A stretch of DNA of 64,000 nt from the human T2T-CHM13v2.0 reference genome, Homo sapiens. A program made the position numbers and the translations under genes. Every line of letters starts with the position of its first letter. The stretch's first letter is position 1. The notes under the pieces were generated by a model. It saw only the letters and a list, made by a program, of their open reading frames with translations. It searched no databases and was not told where the DNA came from. The DNA lies in assembly GCF_009914755.1 (NCBI RefSeq), contig NC_060947.1; one strand, given 5' to 3'. Positions 20,909 to 47,321 of the stretch are shown piece after piece.

Positions 20909-21217
20909 TAGGACTACAGGTGCATACCACGCCACGTTCGTTTTGTTGATTTTTTTGTAGAAACGGGGTCTCACTATGTTGCCCAGGCTGGTCTCAAACT
21001 CCTGGACTCAAGCAATTCTCCAGCCTGGGCCTCCCAAAGTGCTGGAATTACAGGCGTGAACCAATGTGCCTGTGCCCCATCTTGCATTCTTTCTTCAATA
21101 GCCTCTTGTTAGGGATGATGCCCATTCATCATGTTTTCAGTTGTTCAGCCAAGTCTCTTCTCCAGCAATTTTTTCTGAGTTCTTTAACTGCAGGTTTGTG
21201 CAAAGATTGATCATTTC

Positions 21218-25113
<3,896 letters not shown>

Positions 25114-26509
25114 GCACAAAGGTCTTTTGTTAATGTGATCATTTCTTTCTTTTTTTTTTTTTTTTTTTGAGATGGAGTTTTGCTCTGCCACTCAGGCTGG
25201 AGTGCAGTGGAGCCATCTTGACTCACTGCAACCTCTGCCTCCCGGGTTCAAGAAATTCTCCTGCCTCCGTCTCCTGAGTAAGCTGGGATTACAGGCACAT
25301 GCCACCACGCCTGGCTAATTTTTGTATTTTGAGTAGAGACGGGGTTTACCCATGTTGGCTAGGCTGGTCTCGAACTCCTGATCTCAGGTGATTCACTCAC
25401 CTCAGCCTCTCAAAGTGCTGGGGTTACAGGCATGAGCCACCATGCCCGGCCAAAGATTGATCATTTCTACAGGCTTTGATTTCTGGGTACTCTCTGATTA
25501 ATGATTGAGACTTGCTCTGGGGAAAGCTTGTCTTTTTATCATGGTTTATGTGCTTTTGCTTTGAATGAGCTTTCCTTCTTGCTAAATACCTCAAGGTCTT
25601 TTGTGTACTCTTCTTAGCTGTCAAGAGCTATGATGCAGTTCTATGTATACTGTTTTATTTCATTTACTGATCTTTAAATTTTTACTAACACTGCCTACTA
25701 TATGGCAGGCACTATAAACTGTTGGAAATAAAAAGTTGAACAAAATAAAGATCCTACCATGAAGAAGATTACACTCTAGTGAGGAATACAAACAATGAAA
25801 TACATAAATTACACAGTCCTGATTAAATGTTACTCCAGGAGAACTGAGCAGAAATAGAGGAGACATTATTCCATAACATACAACAACTAGGCTATTAAAA
25901 GCTAGTAGAAGGCCAGGCGTGGTGGCTCACGCTTGTGGCCAAGACGGGTGGATCACCTAAGGTCAGGAGTTCGAGACCAGCCTGGGCAACATGGATATGA
26001 TATATCCATTATATAAACATTAAAAATATTGACTACTTTTCTTTTTCTTCGTATTTTCAGATTTCTTTGTAATTTTTATGTATTTTTATAAATATAAAGG
26101 CCATACAACATAGAAAATGCTTATAATATATTAAGATAGCAAACTCCATACACAACATGTCTACAAGTATAAAAAATGAACACCCTTACCATGAAACATT
26201 CATATAGAAATGAATGCAAGATAATATGCAAAAGTAAATGTAGTTTATACTATTAGGGTTTCAGGTTATAGGTGAACATTTTCCAGACTGCTACTTTATT
26301 TTAAAAATTCAGGAGGCCAAGGTACGAGGATTGTTTGAGCCCAGGAGATTGAGACCAGCCTGGACGACAGGGCGAGACTCCATCTCTAGAAAAAAATACA
26401 AAAATTAGCTGGGTGTGGTAGTGCTCACCTATAGTCCCAGCTACTCAGGAGGCTGACGTGGGAGGACTGCTTGATTCTGGGAGGTCGAGGTTACAGTGAG
26501 CTATGGTGA

Positions 26510-26938
<429 letters not shown>

Positions 26939-27909
26939 TAAGTTAAAAAAAAATAGGTAAAATAAACCCATAGTGTTAGCAGTCAGGATAGCAGTTATTT
27001 CTGGGTGGGAAGGTGGCAATCAGGAGGAATGATGATGGAAAATGCTCTGAGATGTGGGTAAAATTTTATTTATTGATGTGAGTTCTGGTTACATAAGTGT
27101 GTTAATTCTGTGAAAATTCATCAAACTGGACTGGGCACCGTGGATCACGCCTGTAATCCTTACACTTTGGGAGGCCGAGGCAGGCGGATCAGTTGAGCTC
27201 AGGAGTTCGAAACCAGCCTCGCCAACATGATGAAACCCCATCTCTACTAAAAATATCAAAAAAACTTAGCCAGGCATGGTGGCAGGTGCCTGTAATTCCA
27301 GCTACTCCAGAGGCTGAAGCAAGAGAATCACCTGAACCTGGGAGGTGGAGGTTGTAATGAGCTGGGATCACACCATTGAACTCTAGCCTGGGCAACAGAG
27401 CAAGACTCCATCTCAAAAACAAAAAACAAAAAACCAAAAAAAAAAAAAAAAAAGGAAATTCATCAAACTGTAAACTTTTGTAAACTTTTCTGCATAACTG
27501 CAACACTTAAAATGTAATTTTAAAGGTTGCTTAGATCAGGCAACTGATTATATAGTCTGCTTTATTAATCATGCAATAAACTGTACATTAAACTAATAAT
27601 AAATATGTGAATATTTTCCAAAATCATAACTACTACTTAGAGGTGGCCTCAGTCTATTAATTATTATCAACCTGGAAGCTGTAAACAATGTTACCGGTCT
27701 TGAGGTTTCATATTTACTTTAAAAGAAAGTGGGGGCCGGGTGAGGTGGCTCACGCCTGAAATCCTAGCACTTTGGGAGGCTGAGATGGGTGGATCACCTG
27801 AGGTCAGGAGTTCAAGACCAGCCTGGCCAACCTGGTGAAACCCTGTCTCTACTAAAAATAAAGAAATTAGCCAGGTGAGGTGGTGCACACTTGTAATTCC
27901 AGCTACTCA

Positions 27910-28056
<147 letters not shown>

Positions 28057-28746
28057 CTAATATTCCTTACCTCTGACAAAATTATTCATTTTCTCACTAT
28101 TTCTGGTACACAGCACTTAAGTCACTGTCTTATAATCTGTATACATGTCTGACTCTGAAAAAAGTTCACTTTTTGCATCCTAATAACCAAACACAAGACA
28201 TTCTATATCCCAACAGGATTGTAATCCGTTCCAAATGTATACTAAACCTTAGGCTGATGCTCAGTCTTAAAGCAGAGGTAAAATGACAATTTTCTAATTT
28301 CTTAAACTTCTTATATATTTAAAAGTTTAAGACAAAGCTAAAAGACCAACAAACCCCAAATCAACTAATTAATACTTTACAATTTTAATTGCTCTTTTGC
28401 TCCATTATTCAATTTCAAAGTACTAGTGAGAAGAACTGATTCAAGATACTGAAAATTTTCTAAGGTATAATAATTTGTTAATCCATCAAACCATACTTTT
28501 CTTTTCTGTTCTTTTTTTTTTTTTTTCTTTGAGACAGAGTCTCGCTCTGTTGCCCAGGCTGGAGTGCAGTGGCAGTCTCGGCTTACTGCAACCTCCACCT
28601 CCTGGGTTCAAGCAATTCTCATGCCTCAGCCTCCTGAGTAGTTGGAATTATAGGTGCACACTACCGTTTCTGGCTAATTTTTGTATTTCTTGTTGAGATG
28701 AGGTTTCGCTATGTTGGCCAGGCTGAATCCATCAAACCATAAATGA

Positions 28747-29220
<474 letters not shown>

Positions 29221-29605
29221 TAAGTTTTGTATTTTTGGTAGAGACAGACTTTCCCCATGTTGGCCAGGCTGGCCGCGAACTCCTGACCTCAAATGATCCA
29301 CCTGCCTCTGCCTCCCAGAGTGCTGGGATTACAGGTGTGAGCCACCACACCCAGCCCATAAACGAACATTTTCAACTAAAATTTTAGGATTAAAAAAAAT
29401 AAAGTTTGAGTAATATTTTTCTTTCAGTCTTCCCCCGCCCCGCCGCCCGCCCCCTGAGATGGAGTTTTGCTCTAATTGCCCACGCTGGAGAGTAATCACA
29501 CGATCTCTGCTCACTGCAACCCCTGCCTCCTGGGTTCAAGAGATTCTCCTGCCTCAGCCTCCTGAGTAGCAGGGATTACAGGCACCCGCCACCACGCTCA
29601 GCTAA

Positions 29606-29782
<177 letters not shown>

Positions 29783-30150
29783 TAATCTTTCAGCCCACCA
29801 TTTCATGGTTGAATAGATTAATTCTCCCAGGTTTGGGCTGGATGTGAAGCAGTAAGTATATTTTCCATAGTGCATAAGAACATTTTCCCAAATATCCTTC
29901 AATTAAAATCAGTTAAAATCAAAAGCTTAATATTTTTTTAGAATGCTTTCCTTAAAATCTCTCTAATCATCAACATAGTATAATAAAACTGGGAAAGACA
30001 TACACAAACATTTACTAAAGATAGAATTTTCAGTGGTTTTGAATTTTTTTCTTTATACTTATTTGTATTCTAAATTTTCTTTAATTTATATTCCTTTTGC
30101 AATCAGAAAAAAATATATTTAAGTTTCGTTTTTTTTCCCTTTTTTATTAG

Positions 30151-30573
<423 letters not shown>

Positions 30574-31014
30574 TGAAATTTAGATTCTTACTTATCTGAC
30601 ATCGCTTTTACCTGTCTTTGCAGCTTACAGAGGCATCCACTTTTAGATATAAGAAAATAAAAATTAGCTTGGGCCAAGAAAGTAAAAATATTCCTTGTCA
30701 TTCAAGAGAATGGAACAACACAAACATAAAGCAGCTGCAAAGTCCACAGGAAGTATTTTTCCCTAGCACACACTTCAGCTGTAAAATGTCAAAATATCCC
30801 CATCTTTGAGTAATTACTGTTTTCTTACTGAGGAATATTGGTCTTTAAATAGACTTCTTGCAATTATATGAGTAAAAATGAAATATTCTTGCTTGGCAGA
30901 TCTAAGTCACTCAATTTACACGTATAATTTCTAAGTAGCCTCAATTTACAACCAAGGTATAGAGCTTCAAAGAAGAAGTTTTTGAAGACAAAAATCCCAC
31001 ATTTATGTTAACTT

Positions 31015-31311
31015 TGTAGTTTCCAAGCAAACAGAACCCTGGGTCTGATTGACAGTTCAGACCTGATGTTGACCCCTTTACACAGCCTTACACTGCTTTT
31101 AGCCTATCAAAACAATGCTTTGTTTAAATTTCACATAAACTCCACTATTCTCCCAAATCCTATTACAACTCTATCTTTTCTTTGTTAAGATGTTCCATGG
31201 TTCTTCTAATGTACAGTATTCCTCATATTAATGAGCCAATAAACCTGGCCCTATCAGACTACAGATTTGTCCCTAGTAGTCTTTGGTTTATTGGGCTGGA
31301 GAGGATGATAC
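31015..31311 (+). mobile_element. Possible old solo LTR fragment
   Basis: TG...CA ends and AATAAA at ~31238 in LTR-like context; family not identified. Confidence 0.3.
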
Positions 31312-31440
31312 AGTAATGATTTTCAAAGGATATTGTGACTTGCATTAAGAGAACAGCCCCAGCCAAATGCTGTAGAGAGAATACTAGACTGTGAGAAAAC
31401 AGACAAAATACAGCAAGAAAGACTTATTGTAAAAGGATAC

Positions 31441-31504
31441 TAAACAGAAGAACAATGTGTGTTTCAGCTACAAACTGGGCTTGACTGCTTCCATGGATAT
31501 AATT
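31441..31504 (-). CDS. MAGT1: MAGT1 exon 7 (64 nt)
   Basis: NYIHGSSQAQFVAETHIVLLF+A; TAG acceptor, GTATCCTTTT U12-type donor; phase 0->1. Confidence 0.96.
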
Positions 31505-32746
31505 CTAGGAGGGAAAAAAGACAAAATGGAATCTTTAAGTATACATTAAATGTTGGTATGCTAACCCTAAAACGGGGTATTTTAAACTATGAAATTATTA
31601 ATTCACCTGATAAACCATGTGACATACTCCGGGTCTGTGGCATTCATCAGTAAGTCTGGTTACTATAAGGCTATTTTTGTATTATCTATTCTCGATTTGT
31701 CTTTTCATTGTACTAATACTATGTTTATTTTTGAGACAGGGTCTTGCTCTGTTGCCCAGGCTGGAGTGCAGCGGCATGATCATAGCTCATTGCAATCCCA
31801 AAGTCCTGGCTCCGGTGATCTTCCTGCCTCAGCATCCCAAGTAGATGGGACTACAAGTATGCACCACCATGCCTGCTCAGCTAATTTTTAAATTTTCATT
31901 AGAAATGACATATTGCTATGTTGGCCAGGCTGGTCTCAAACTCCTGGGCTCAAGCAATCCTCCCACCTCAGCCTCCCAAATGCTTGAATACTGTACTTAT
32001 ATTTTCAACAACAGAATATGTCAGAAAACTAGTTGTTGTTGTTGTTTTTTCTTTTCTTTTTTGTTTTTCATAGAGATGACGTCTCACTATGCTGCCCAAG
32101 TTGGTCTTGAACTCCTGGCCTCAAGTGGTCCTCCTGCCTCAGCCTCCCAAAGTGCCAGGATTACAGGTATTAGTCACCACACCTGGCCCCATTTTTTTTT
32201 TAAGGAGATGGATCTTGCTATGTTGTCCAGGCTGGGCTAGAACTCCTGGATTCAAGTCATCCTCCTGCCTCAGCCTCCCAAGTAGCTGGGACTACAAATG
32301 CAAAACACTGCACCTGGGTGAGAAAACTAGTATTTAAGTGTACAAGACCATGAGGTACAATAATGTAGGCTCCATGAAGACAGGGATCATGTTTTTCTTA
32401 TCACTATATTTAATAATAATTAGCACAGTGCTTAGAAACAGTGGATGCTCAGGTACTTGATCAATTTTTCTATTTAGTTGAAGGCTGTCTTTCATTCTTA
32501 GCTAGCTTGGTTAGAAGGATTCACCAAATGGGAAAAGGAACTTCCCACTTTTAAGAGCACTGCGGCCGGGTGCGGTGGCTCATGCCTGCAGGCCTGTATT
32601 CCCAGCACTTTGGGAGGCTGAGGCAGGCGCATCACCTGAGGTAGGGAGTTTGAGACCAGCCTGACCAACATGGAGAAACCCTGTCTCTACTAAAAATACA
32701 AAATTAGCTGGGCGTGGTGGCGCATGCCTGTAATCCCAGCTACTCA

Positions 32747-32911
<165 letters not shown>

Positions 32912-33010
32912 TTAACACAAGAGAGATTGAAAAGTGAAGACTAAATCCAGCTCCTTCATATGCTGGCACTGTTCTCACAGGGTAATAATCATTGAGTTAA
33001 CTTTGGTCTA

Positions 33011-33130
<120 letters not shown>

Positions 33131-33251
33131 CTAGGAAACAAAAAAATAATAAAATATTCATGGTCAAACTGTTCTTGTCTTGATTAGATAACAGGAATAT
33201 GAAAATGTGCATCTGTTTAGTTAAGACATAGAATTTTTTGCAGATAAATGA

Positions 33252-33434
<183 letters not shown>

Positions 33435-33653
33435 TGAGTAGCTGGGACTATAGAAGCATGGAACCACGCCCAGCTAATTTTGTATTTTTAGTAGAGACAG
33501 GGTTTCACCATATTGGCCAGGTTGATCTTGGTCTCTTGACCTCGTCATCTGCCCACCTCGGCCTCCCAAAGATATGGGATTATAGGTGTGAGCCACTGCG
33601 CCTGGCCAGGAAAACACTATTTAAAAATTATAACTATGCAGACACAAGTTTCA

Positions 33654-34042
<389 letters not shown>

Positions 34043-34194
34043 TCATTTAGGTTGAATAAAAGGCAGGTACAATCAGTTCCTTGAAGTTCTGGCCATCCTT
34101 ATGAGATAATGAATGAAACAAACTGATTTTAAGACAGAAAATTAAAATATATAAAACTATTTTCCTCAGGTAAGAAATAAAATGCTACTTCTCA

Positions 34195-34413
<219 letters not shown>

Positions 34414-34878
34414 CTAATGGAAAGGAGAGAAAAACATGTTAAAGTATAAAATTTTTTTACTAATTATATGGGTCAAAATAAAATCTGAAATGAAAGCAAT
34501 CAAAATTATTGTGGTTACTTTCGGAAAAATGATCCTTTTTATGTTATCCCAATCAAACTAGTCTATAATATAACCTAAAATAGGATAGAATAGGTACAAT
34601 ATTCTATTTAACCACAACATAACATCTTTTAGATTAAGAAGGATTTGCCAAGTACAACTAGATAATCCATGGACTTAAGGTCGAAAGAGTGGTTTCCATG
34701 CTGAATTCAATAGGGTAATAGAGAGTGTTCTGTAATTTCACTCATTCATCAAGATGATTCTGTTTAATGCTACTTATGAAGTGACTGCCAAACTAGTACC
34801 ACCTCAGTGATATGGGGACAAGACTAATTAGGGCCTCCCAGTAAGATTCAAAGGGGATAATGGCCAAGAAACAGTCTA

Positions 34879-35067
<189 letters not shown>

Positions 35068-35689
35068 TTATCAGGAAAATAATCTTAATTGCAGTTAACA
35101 TCTTGAAATTTAGGCATTTTACAAAGATGAGGAGGCCTGGGTTTAGGTAGGTTAAGTGATTTGGTTTGCCCAAGGAAAGTGGTAAGTGGTGGAGCAGGCT
35201 TTAAAAGCAAAGCTGCCTGTGACCTTAAGTATTACATACTACTCACCAAATACACATTCCTCGCTAAGAAACCTGTATTTTACTCCACTAGAATGGAAAC
35301 TTTGCCATACCACAGATATTTTAATCTGTTCAGAGATTATGCAAAATGAATACATTTATGAGCACTAAAATAATCTTATGTAGCTGAGTAAGCTCCAAAT
35401 AGAGTATATTCTCAATTTGGAGGAACCAAGATAATAAAATAATGCTCTAAAACAGCAGTGAAAAGCAATACAAAATGGTGGCTATATGCAGAAATAGTCT
35501 ATTCTAAGAAGGTCCATAAATGTTTACTGATGAGCACCACATTTCTCTATTCTCCATCATGACATCATGATATATTTGAGAAGACAACACCGGAAATACT
35601 AAGGTAAAGAAACCATAACCATCTCATCTGCATTATATCTTTTTTTATTTTTTTGAGATGGAGTCTCGCTCTGTCACCCAGACTGGTGA

Positions 35690-36133
<444 letters not shown>

Positions 36134-36546
36134 TAAGGTGAGAGCATGTACTGACTGTTGCTTATCATTATTTTGGTCTCTTTGGCTGTATAATGTGGTA
36201 AATTAATGAATTAATAGATTACTCCTTTGGTTACCAATGTCCATAGATTTATATGCCTTGGTCAGTAGGCACAAAATCCCTAGAGGTAGATAAATTCTGG
36301 CTATCCTGTTAAAATTCAATTTCTGTGATTGCAAAGCTAGGAACCAAATCTTATACAATGTTCAGTCTACCAAATGCTGCCCAAATTTTAGGCCAAACTC
36401 TTTATTCAATATTTGTTTAGTTACACCACCTCTACATTTTTGAAAATGTGTATAAAAAATAAAAACTGGCCGGGTGCGGTGGCTCACACTTGTAATCCCA
36501 GCACTTTGGGAGGCCGAGGTGGGCAGATAATGAGGTCAGGAGTTCA

Positions 36547-36813
<267 letters not shown>

Positions 36814-37111
36814 TTAAAAACATTACATGGTTATAAGGACCAATTCTAGTACATTCTGGCAGCCACAGTTACCATTTACAGATATTTTTGAATTTATTCA
36901 TATATATGTTTATACCACCAGAAAACATATAATATTGCTGTTTTAACATAAATGGTATCATATTAATGGTATTTTCCTGGTTGTCTTCCTTTTTAGCAAC
37001 TAAAAATAATGTTGCAGTGAACATCCTTGCACATATCTCCCTGTACCCATGTGAAAGTGATTCTCTAGAAATGGGATTGTTAGGTCATGGGATAGAAATA
37101 TTTTTTAATTA

Positions 37112-37297
<186 letters not shown>

Positions 37298-37929
37298 TCA
37301 GGAGGCTGAGGCACAAGAATTACTTGAACCTGGGAGGCGGAGGTTGCAGTGAGCTGAGATTGCACCACTGCATTTCAGCCTGGGTGACACAGTGAGACTC
37401 TGTCTTTAAAAAAAAAAAAATGGATATAGCCAAATTGTCTTCCAAAGTGGCTGTGCCAAAATATACTTCTACTTAACAATGCAGTAATGTATCCATTTCC
37501 CTACATCCTTGCCAAAAGTTGATGTGATGGGTGAAGACTGTACTTTATCATTATCATACTATTAATTTGTGTTTCCCTGTTTACTAATAAAACATCTTTA
37601 AAACAAATTAGTTATCTGAAAACATCTTTGTTTTTTTTTCTTGAGAAGGAGTCTCACTCTGTTGTCCAGGCTGGAGTGCGTTGGCGCAATCTTGGCCCAC
37701 ACAATCTCCGCTTCCTGGGTTCAAGCGATCCTCCTGTCTTACCCTCTCAAGTAGCTGGGATAACAGGGATGCGCCATGACATCCAGCTACTTTGTTTTTG
37801 TATTTTCAGTAGAGACAAGGTTTCGCCATGTTGGCCAAGGTGGTCTCGAACTCATGACCTCAAGTGATCCGCCTGCCTCAGCCTCCCAAAGTGCTGGCAT
37901 TACAGGCGTGAGTCACCATGCCCGGCCTG

Positions 37930-39600
<1,671 letters not shown>

Positions 39601-39869
39601 AAACAACCCCACCAAAACCCCTTGTAGACTCTGAAATTCCTTGGAGGTTAATGAACCAAAATAAGATACACTATTTTTTGGTAGGTATCAGTTTTCACAT
39701 ACGCTTAGCTTTTGCATACTGTGGCATATGACACTGTTACTTAGAGAAAGATTTGAATCTCTTCCACAGATGGACACACTACCATCCTTATACCTTTGGC
39801 TCTAAAATCTAGCTCTAAAATAGAGTAATGGAAATTAATATTAAAAACTATTCAAGGTACGAAAGTGTA

Positions 39870-42110
<2,241 letters not shown>

Positions 42111-42803
42111 AACTAAGGTAGAAAAAAATGGGTTTTCTATTTTTACAAATCACTAACAGAAGTTATGTGTTACCTTGTTAAAATAAATGGAATTAAAAAT
42201 TGTAATTTCCAAAAATAACTGCAGCCTAAATAGTAGAGAATTAAAAAGCAATTTTTTTTTTTTGAGACAAAGTCTAGCTCTGTCACCCAGGCTGGAGTGC
42301 AGCGGCTCACTACAACCTCCTGGCTCACTACAACCTCCACCTCCTGGGTTCAAGCGATTCTCCTGTCTCAGCCTCCCAAGTAGCTGGGATTACAGGTGCC
42401 CGACACCACACCTGGCTAATTTTTGTATTTTTAGTAGAGATGGGATTTCACCATGTTGGCCAGGCTGGTGTCGAACTCCTGACCTGAAGTGATCCCCACG
42501 CCTTGGCCTCCCAAAGTGCTGGGATTACAGGTGTGAGCCACCATGCCTGGCCTCAATTTCTTAAACTCCAGAAATTGTTTCCTTTAGTCTAATAAATCCT
42601 AAATGCACTAACCTTTTAGGTTACAACATTTTTATAAATGCACTGATTTTGATTTGTGGAGATGGCTAAGTGAGACTGGAATATGAATAGCACAATGAAT
42701 GATATACTGTAAAATGGAAACATTAAGCCATTTTTTTCAACATTTACCGAATACCCGTTATGTGCTTAGCACTGATAGCTACAGGATATGGCTCTGCCAT
42801 TAA

Positions 42804-43070
<267 letters not shown>

Positions 43071-43317
43071 TGATCTGCCTGCCTCGGCCTCCCAAAGTGC
43101 TGGGATTACAGGCGTGAGCCAACCGCACCTGGCTGTAACTATATTCTAAGGGAGACTGTCAAACAACTACAGAGCTAACTCTACTGTAAGACAAAATGTG
43201 GATAAATGTATAACAGAAATTTAAGGCAAGTGATATAACAATACAAGAAAAGGAGTGACTCACTTTTTATCTGGAAAAGTTGAGAAAGCTTACAGGGAGT
43301 ATCTGAAACAAGGCTTA

Positions 43318-43533
<216 letters not shown>

Positions 43534-44014
43534 TCAAAATACAAAAAGTAGCCAGGCGTGGTGGTGGGCACCTGTAATTCCAGCTATTCAGGAGGCTGAG
43601 GCAGAAGAATCACTTGAATCCAGGAGGCAGAGGTTGCAGTGAGCCGAGATCAAGCCACTGCACTCTAGTCTGGGCAACAGAGCGAGACTCCATCTCAAAA
43701 AACCTGAAACTAAAAAGAAAAATTAAAAAATTAACCAGGCGTGGTGGCAAGTGCCTGTAATCCCAGCTACTTGGGAGGCTGAGGCAGGAAAATTGCTTGA
43801 ACCCAAAAGGCAGAGGCTGCCAGTGAGCCAAGATTGTGCCATTGCACTCCAGCCTGGGCAACAGAGCGGGACTCTTGTCTCAAAAACAAAAAATAGTTGT
43901 GAGAGGTCATGATTGACAGAGCAGGTGGGTATGTGATCCAGGGCCCAGGAAAAAGGTTCAGTTTCAAACAACAAAAGATCTACTTTTCTACTAAGACTAG
44001 AGGTAAGGGGACAA

Positions 44015-45484
44015 AAGAAATCAACTCAAGATGGACCAGAAACTTAAATCTAAGACCTGAAACCATAAAAATTCTAGAAGATAACATTGTAAAAACTCTT
44101 TTTTTGAGACTGAGTCTCACTCTATCACCCAGGCTGGCAATCTCGGCTCACTGGAACCTCCGCTTCCTGGGTTCAAGTGATTCTCATGCCTCAGCATCCC
44201 GAGTAGTTGGGATTACGGGCGCCCGCCACCACACCCGGATAATTTTTGTATTTTAGTAGAGATGGAGTTTCACCATGTTGGCCAGGCTGGTATTAAACTC
44301 TTGACCTCGAGTGATCTGACCACCTTGGCCTCCCAAAGTGCTGGGATTACAGGCATGATCCACCATGCCCAGCTGAAAAACTCTTCCAGACATTGGCTTA
44401 GGCAAAGAATTCATGGCTAAGACCCCAAAAGCAAATGCAACAAGAACAAAAATAAATAAATGGGACCTAATTTAACTAAAAAGCTTCTGCACAGCAAAAG
44501 GAATAATCTGCAGAGTAAACCAACAACCCACAGAGTGGGAGAAAATATTTGCAAACTGTGCATCTGACAAAGGACTAATATCCAGAATCTACAAAGTACT
44601 CAAACAAATCAGCAAGAGGAAAACAAACAATCCCATCAAAAAATGGGTAAAGGACAAGAATAGACATTTCTCAAAAGAAGATATACAAATGGCCAACATC
44701 ACTAATTATCAGGGAAATCAAAACCACAATGAAATACTACTTTACACCCGCAAGAATGGTCATAATTAAAGCAAAAAAAAAAACACAAAAAACAAAACAA
44801 AAAAAAACAAAGATGTGGTGTGGATGTAGTGAAAAGGGAACACTTTTAACACTGCTGGTGGGAATGTAAACTAGTACAACCACTATGGAAAACAGTATGG
44901 AAATTCCTTAAAGAACTCAAAGTAGAACTACTATTTGACCCAGCAATCCCACTACTGGGTATCTACCCAAAGGAAAAGAAGTCATTATATGAAAAAGACA
45001 CATACACATGCATATTTATAGCAGCACAATTCACAATTGCAAAGATATGGAACCAACCTAAGTGTCCATCAGCCAATGAGTGGATAAAGAAAATGTGGTA
45101 CATATAAATCATGGAATACTACTCAGTCATAAGAAGGAATGAAATAATGTATTTTGCAGCAATTTGGATGGAGCGGGAGGTCATTATTCTAAGTGAAGTA
45201 ACTTAGGAACGGAAAACCAAATATCGTTATGTTCTCACTTATGAGTAGGAGTTAAACTATGAGGATGCAAAGGCATAAGATTGATATAATGGACGTTGGG
45301 AACTTTGGGGGAAAAAGGGTCAGAGGGGGATGAAGGATTAAAGACTACGTATTTGGGTACAGTGTACGCTGCTCAGGGGATGGGTGTACCAAAATCCAGA
45401 AATCACCACTAAAGAACTTATCCATGTAACCAAAAACCACCTGTTGCCCCAAAACTATTGAAATAAAAATAAAAATTTTAAAAA
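44015..45484 (+). mobile_element. 5'-truncated L1PB-type element with internal Alu (~44099-44375)
   Basis: L1 3' end; duplication agaggtaagggga at 43999-44011 and 45485-45497. Confidence 0.85.
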
Positions 45485-45867
45485 AGAGGTAAGGGGATAA
45501 AGATATCTATAGTATAGATAGCTATACTAAAGACTTCAATATTACATAATGGTGGGACTCGTGCTGTGATTTAAAAAATTCCTTAATAAATTATATACTT
45601 AAAATGGTTAAAATGATAAAGTTTGTTTTATATATTTTACTACAATAAAAATGTATGTTATTTAAATACTACTCAATTTCCATATTCTAGTAGGTTAGCA
45701 TTGATAACTACATTTTATGGTTAGCTCAAGTTTAACTTTTAGTTTGCTACTCTAGATCTTACATAAGAGCAATCCCATTTAATGTCTTATAGCCACTGAA
45801 AAAAATATATTCCACTTTCACTATATTTTACCTATTTTTATATAGCAGAATAAACCAAAGATCTTAC

Positions 45868-45985
45868 CATCTGAAATACATCAGAGCCTTCATCAAAATC
45901 CACCATGGCAAAAAATATCCTGTTGGTGAATGCACTGGAGTATCGCCAGGAGTTTGCCAGGATCTGGAATTCTTCATCAGCTTGC
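45868..45985 (-). CDS. MAGT1: MAGT1 exon 3 (118 nt)
   Basis: (K)[39 protein letters not shown]; CAG acceptor, GTAAGA donor; phase 2->0 fits exon 2. Confidence 0.97.
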
Positions 45986-46684
45986 CTGGATGCAATGAGA
46001 TTCGTAAAGATAACATATAAAACAATTTTTGAAAGCAATCTCGTTTATCATCAGTAAAACAGGTCCAAGCAAGCAATAGCAGGTTTTCCAATGGGAGAAA
46101 TAATAAAAAACACTGACAAGTAGGTCAGACTCTGCTGACAGGGTTAAGACAAATCTTGTTTTGGCATAAGAGAAGCCTTATCCCAAGTTAGGGATTTCAT
46201 GAGAAGTAGTAATTACCTGACTCCGCTTCATACTTTGTGCCTGTTTCTTATCCCAAAACTCTTTCAACAATCATTGGAAATATATAGCTAATCGCCTCTA
46301 CAATAACTTTCCATACCCTAAATTACTTCTAAGAGTTCAAAGACAAGACAGAAGTGTATTCCCTAAAGAAAGCAGAAATACAATATTAATTCATTTTTAA
46401 AAATCTAAAGTGCAAAAGCTACTTGGTAAATAACACAATCAGATAAATTATTAGGATGAAAGATAAGAAGAGTCTAGGAATTGAAATTAATTGAGGCCAG
46501 CTCATACCTGTAATCCCAGCACTTTGGGAGGCTGAGGTGGGTGGATCACCTGAGGTCAGGAGCTCAAGACAAGCCTGGCCAACATGGCAAAACCCTGTCT
46601 CTATTAAAAATACAAAAATTAGGCCAGGTGCAGTGGCTCATGCCTGTAATCCCAGCACGTTGGGAGGCTGAGGCAGGCGGATCA

Positions 46685-47321
<637 letters not shown>

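Noticed and set aside
31334-31369. Alternative inner acceptor (TACAG) giving a 36-nt exon
   Set aside because: Weaker pyrimidine tract, and as a replacement for exon 7 it would shift the frame; kept only as a variant of the main finding
31590-31670. TGATGA box-C-like motif on the minus strand near exon 7 (possible intronic snoRNA)
   Set aside because: No properly placed CTGA box D or terminal stem seen
42300-42340. 17-bp internal repeat ggctcactacaacctcc in an Alu
   Set aside because: Ordinary slippage-type mutation with no sign of function
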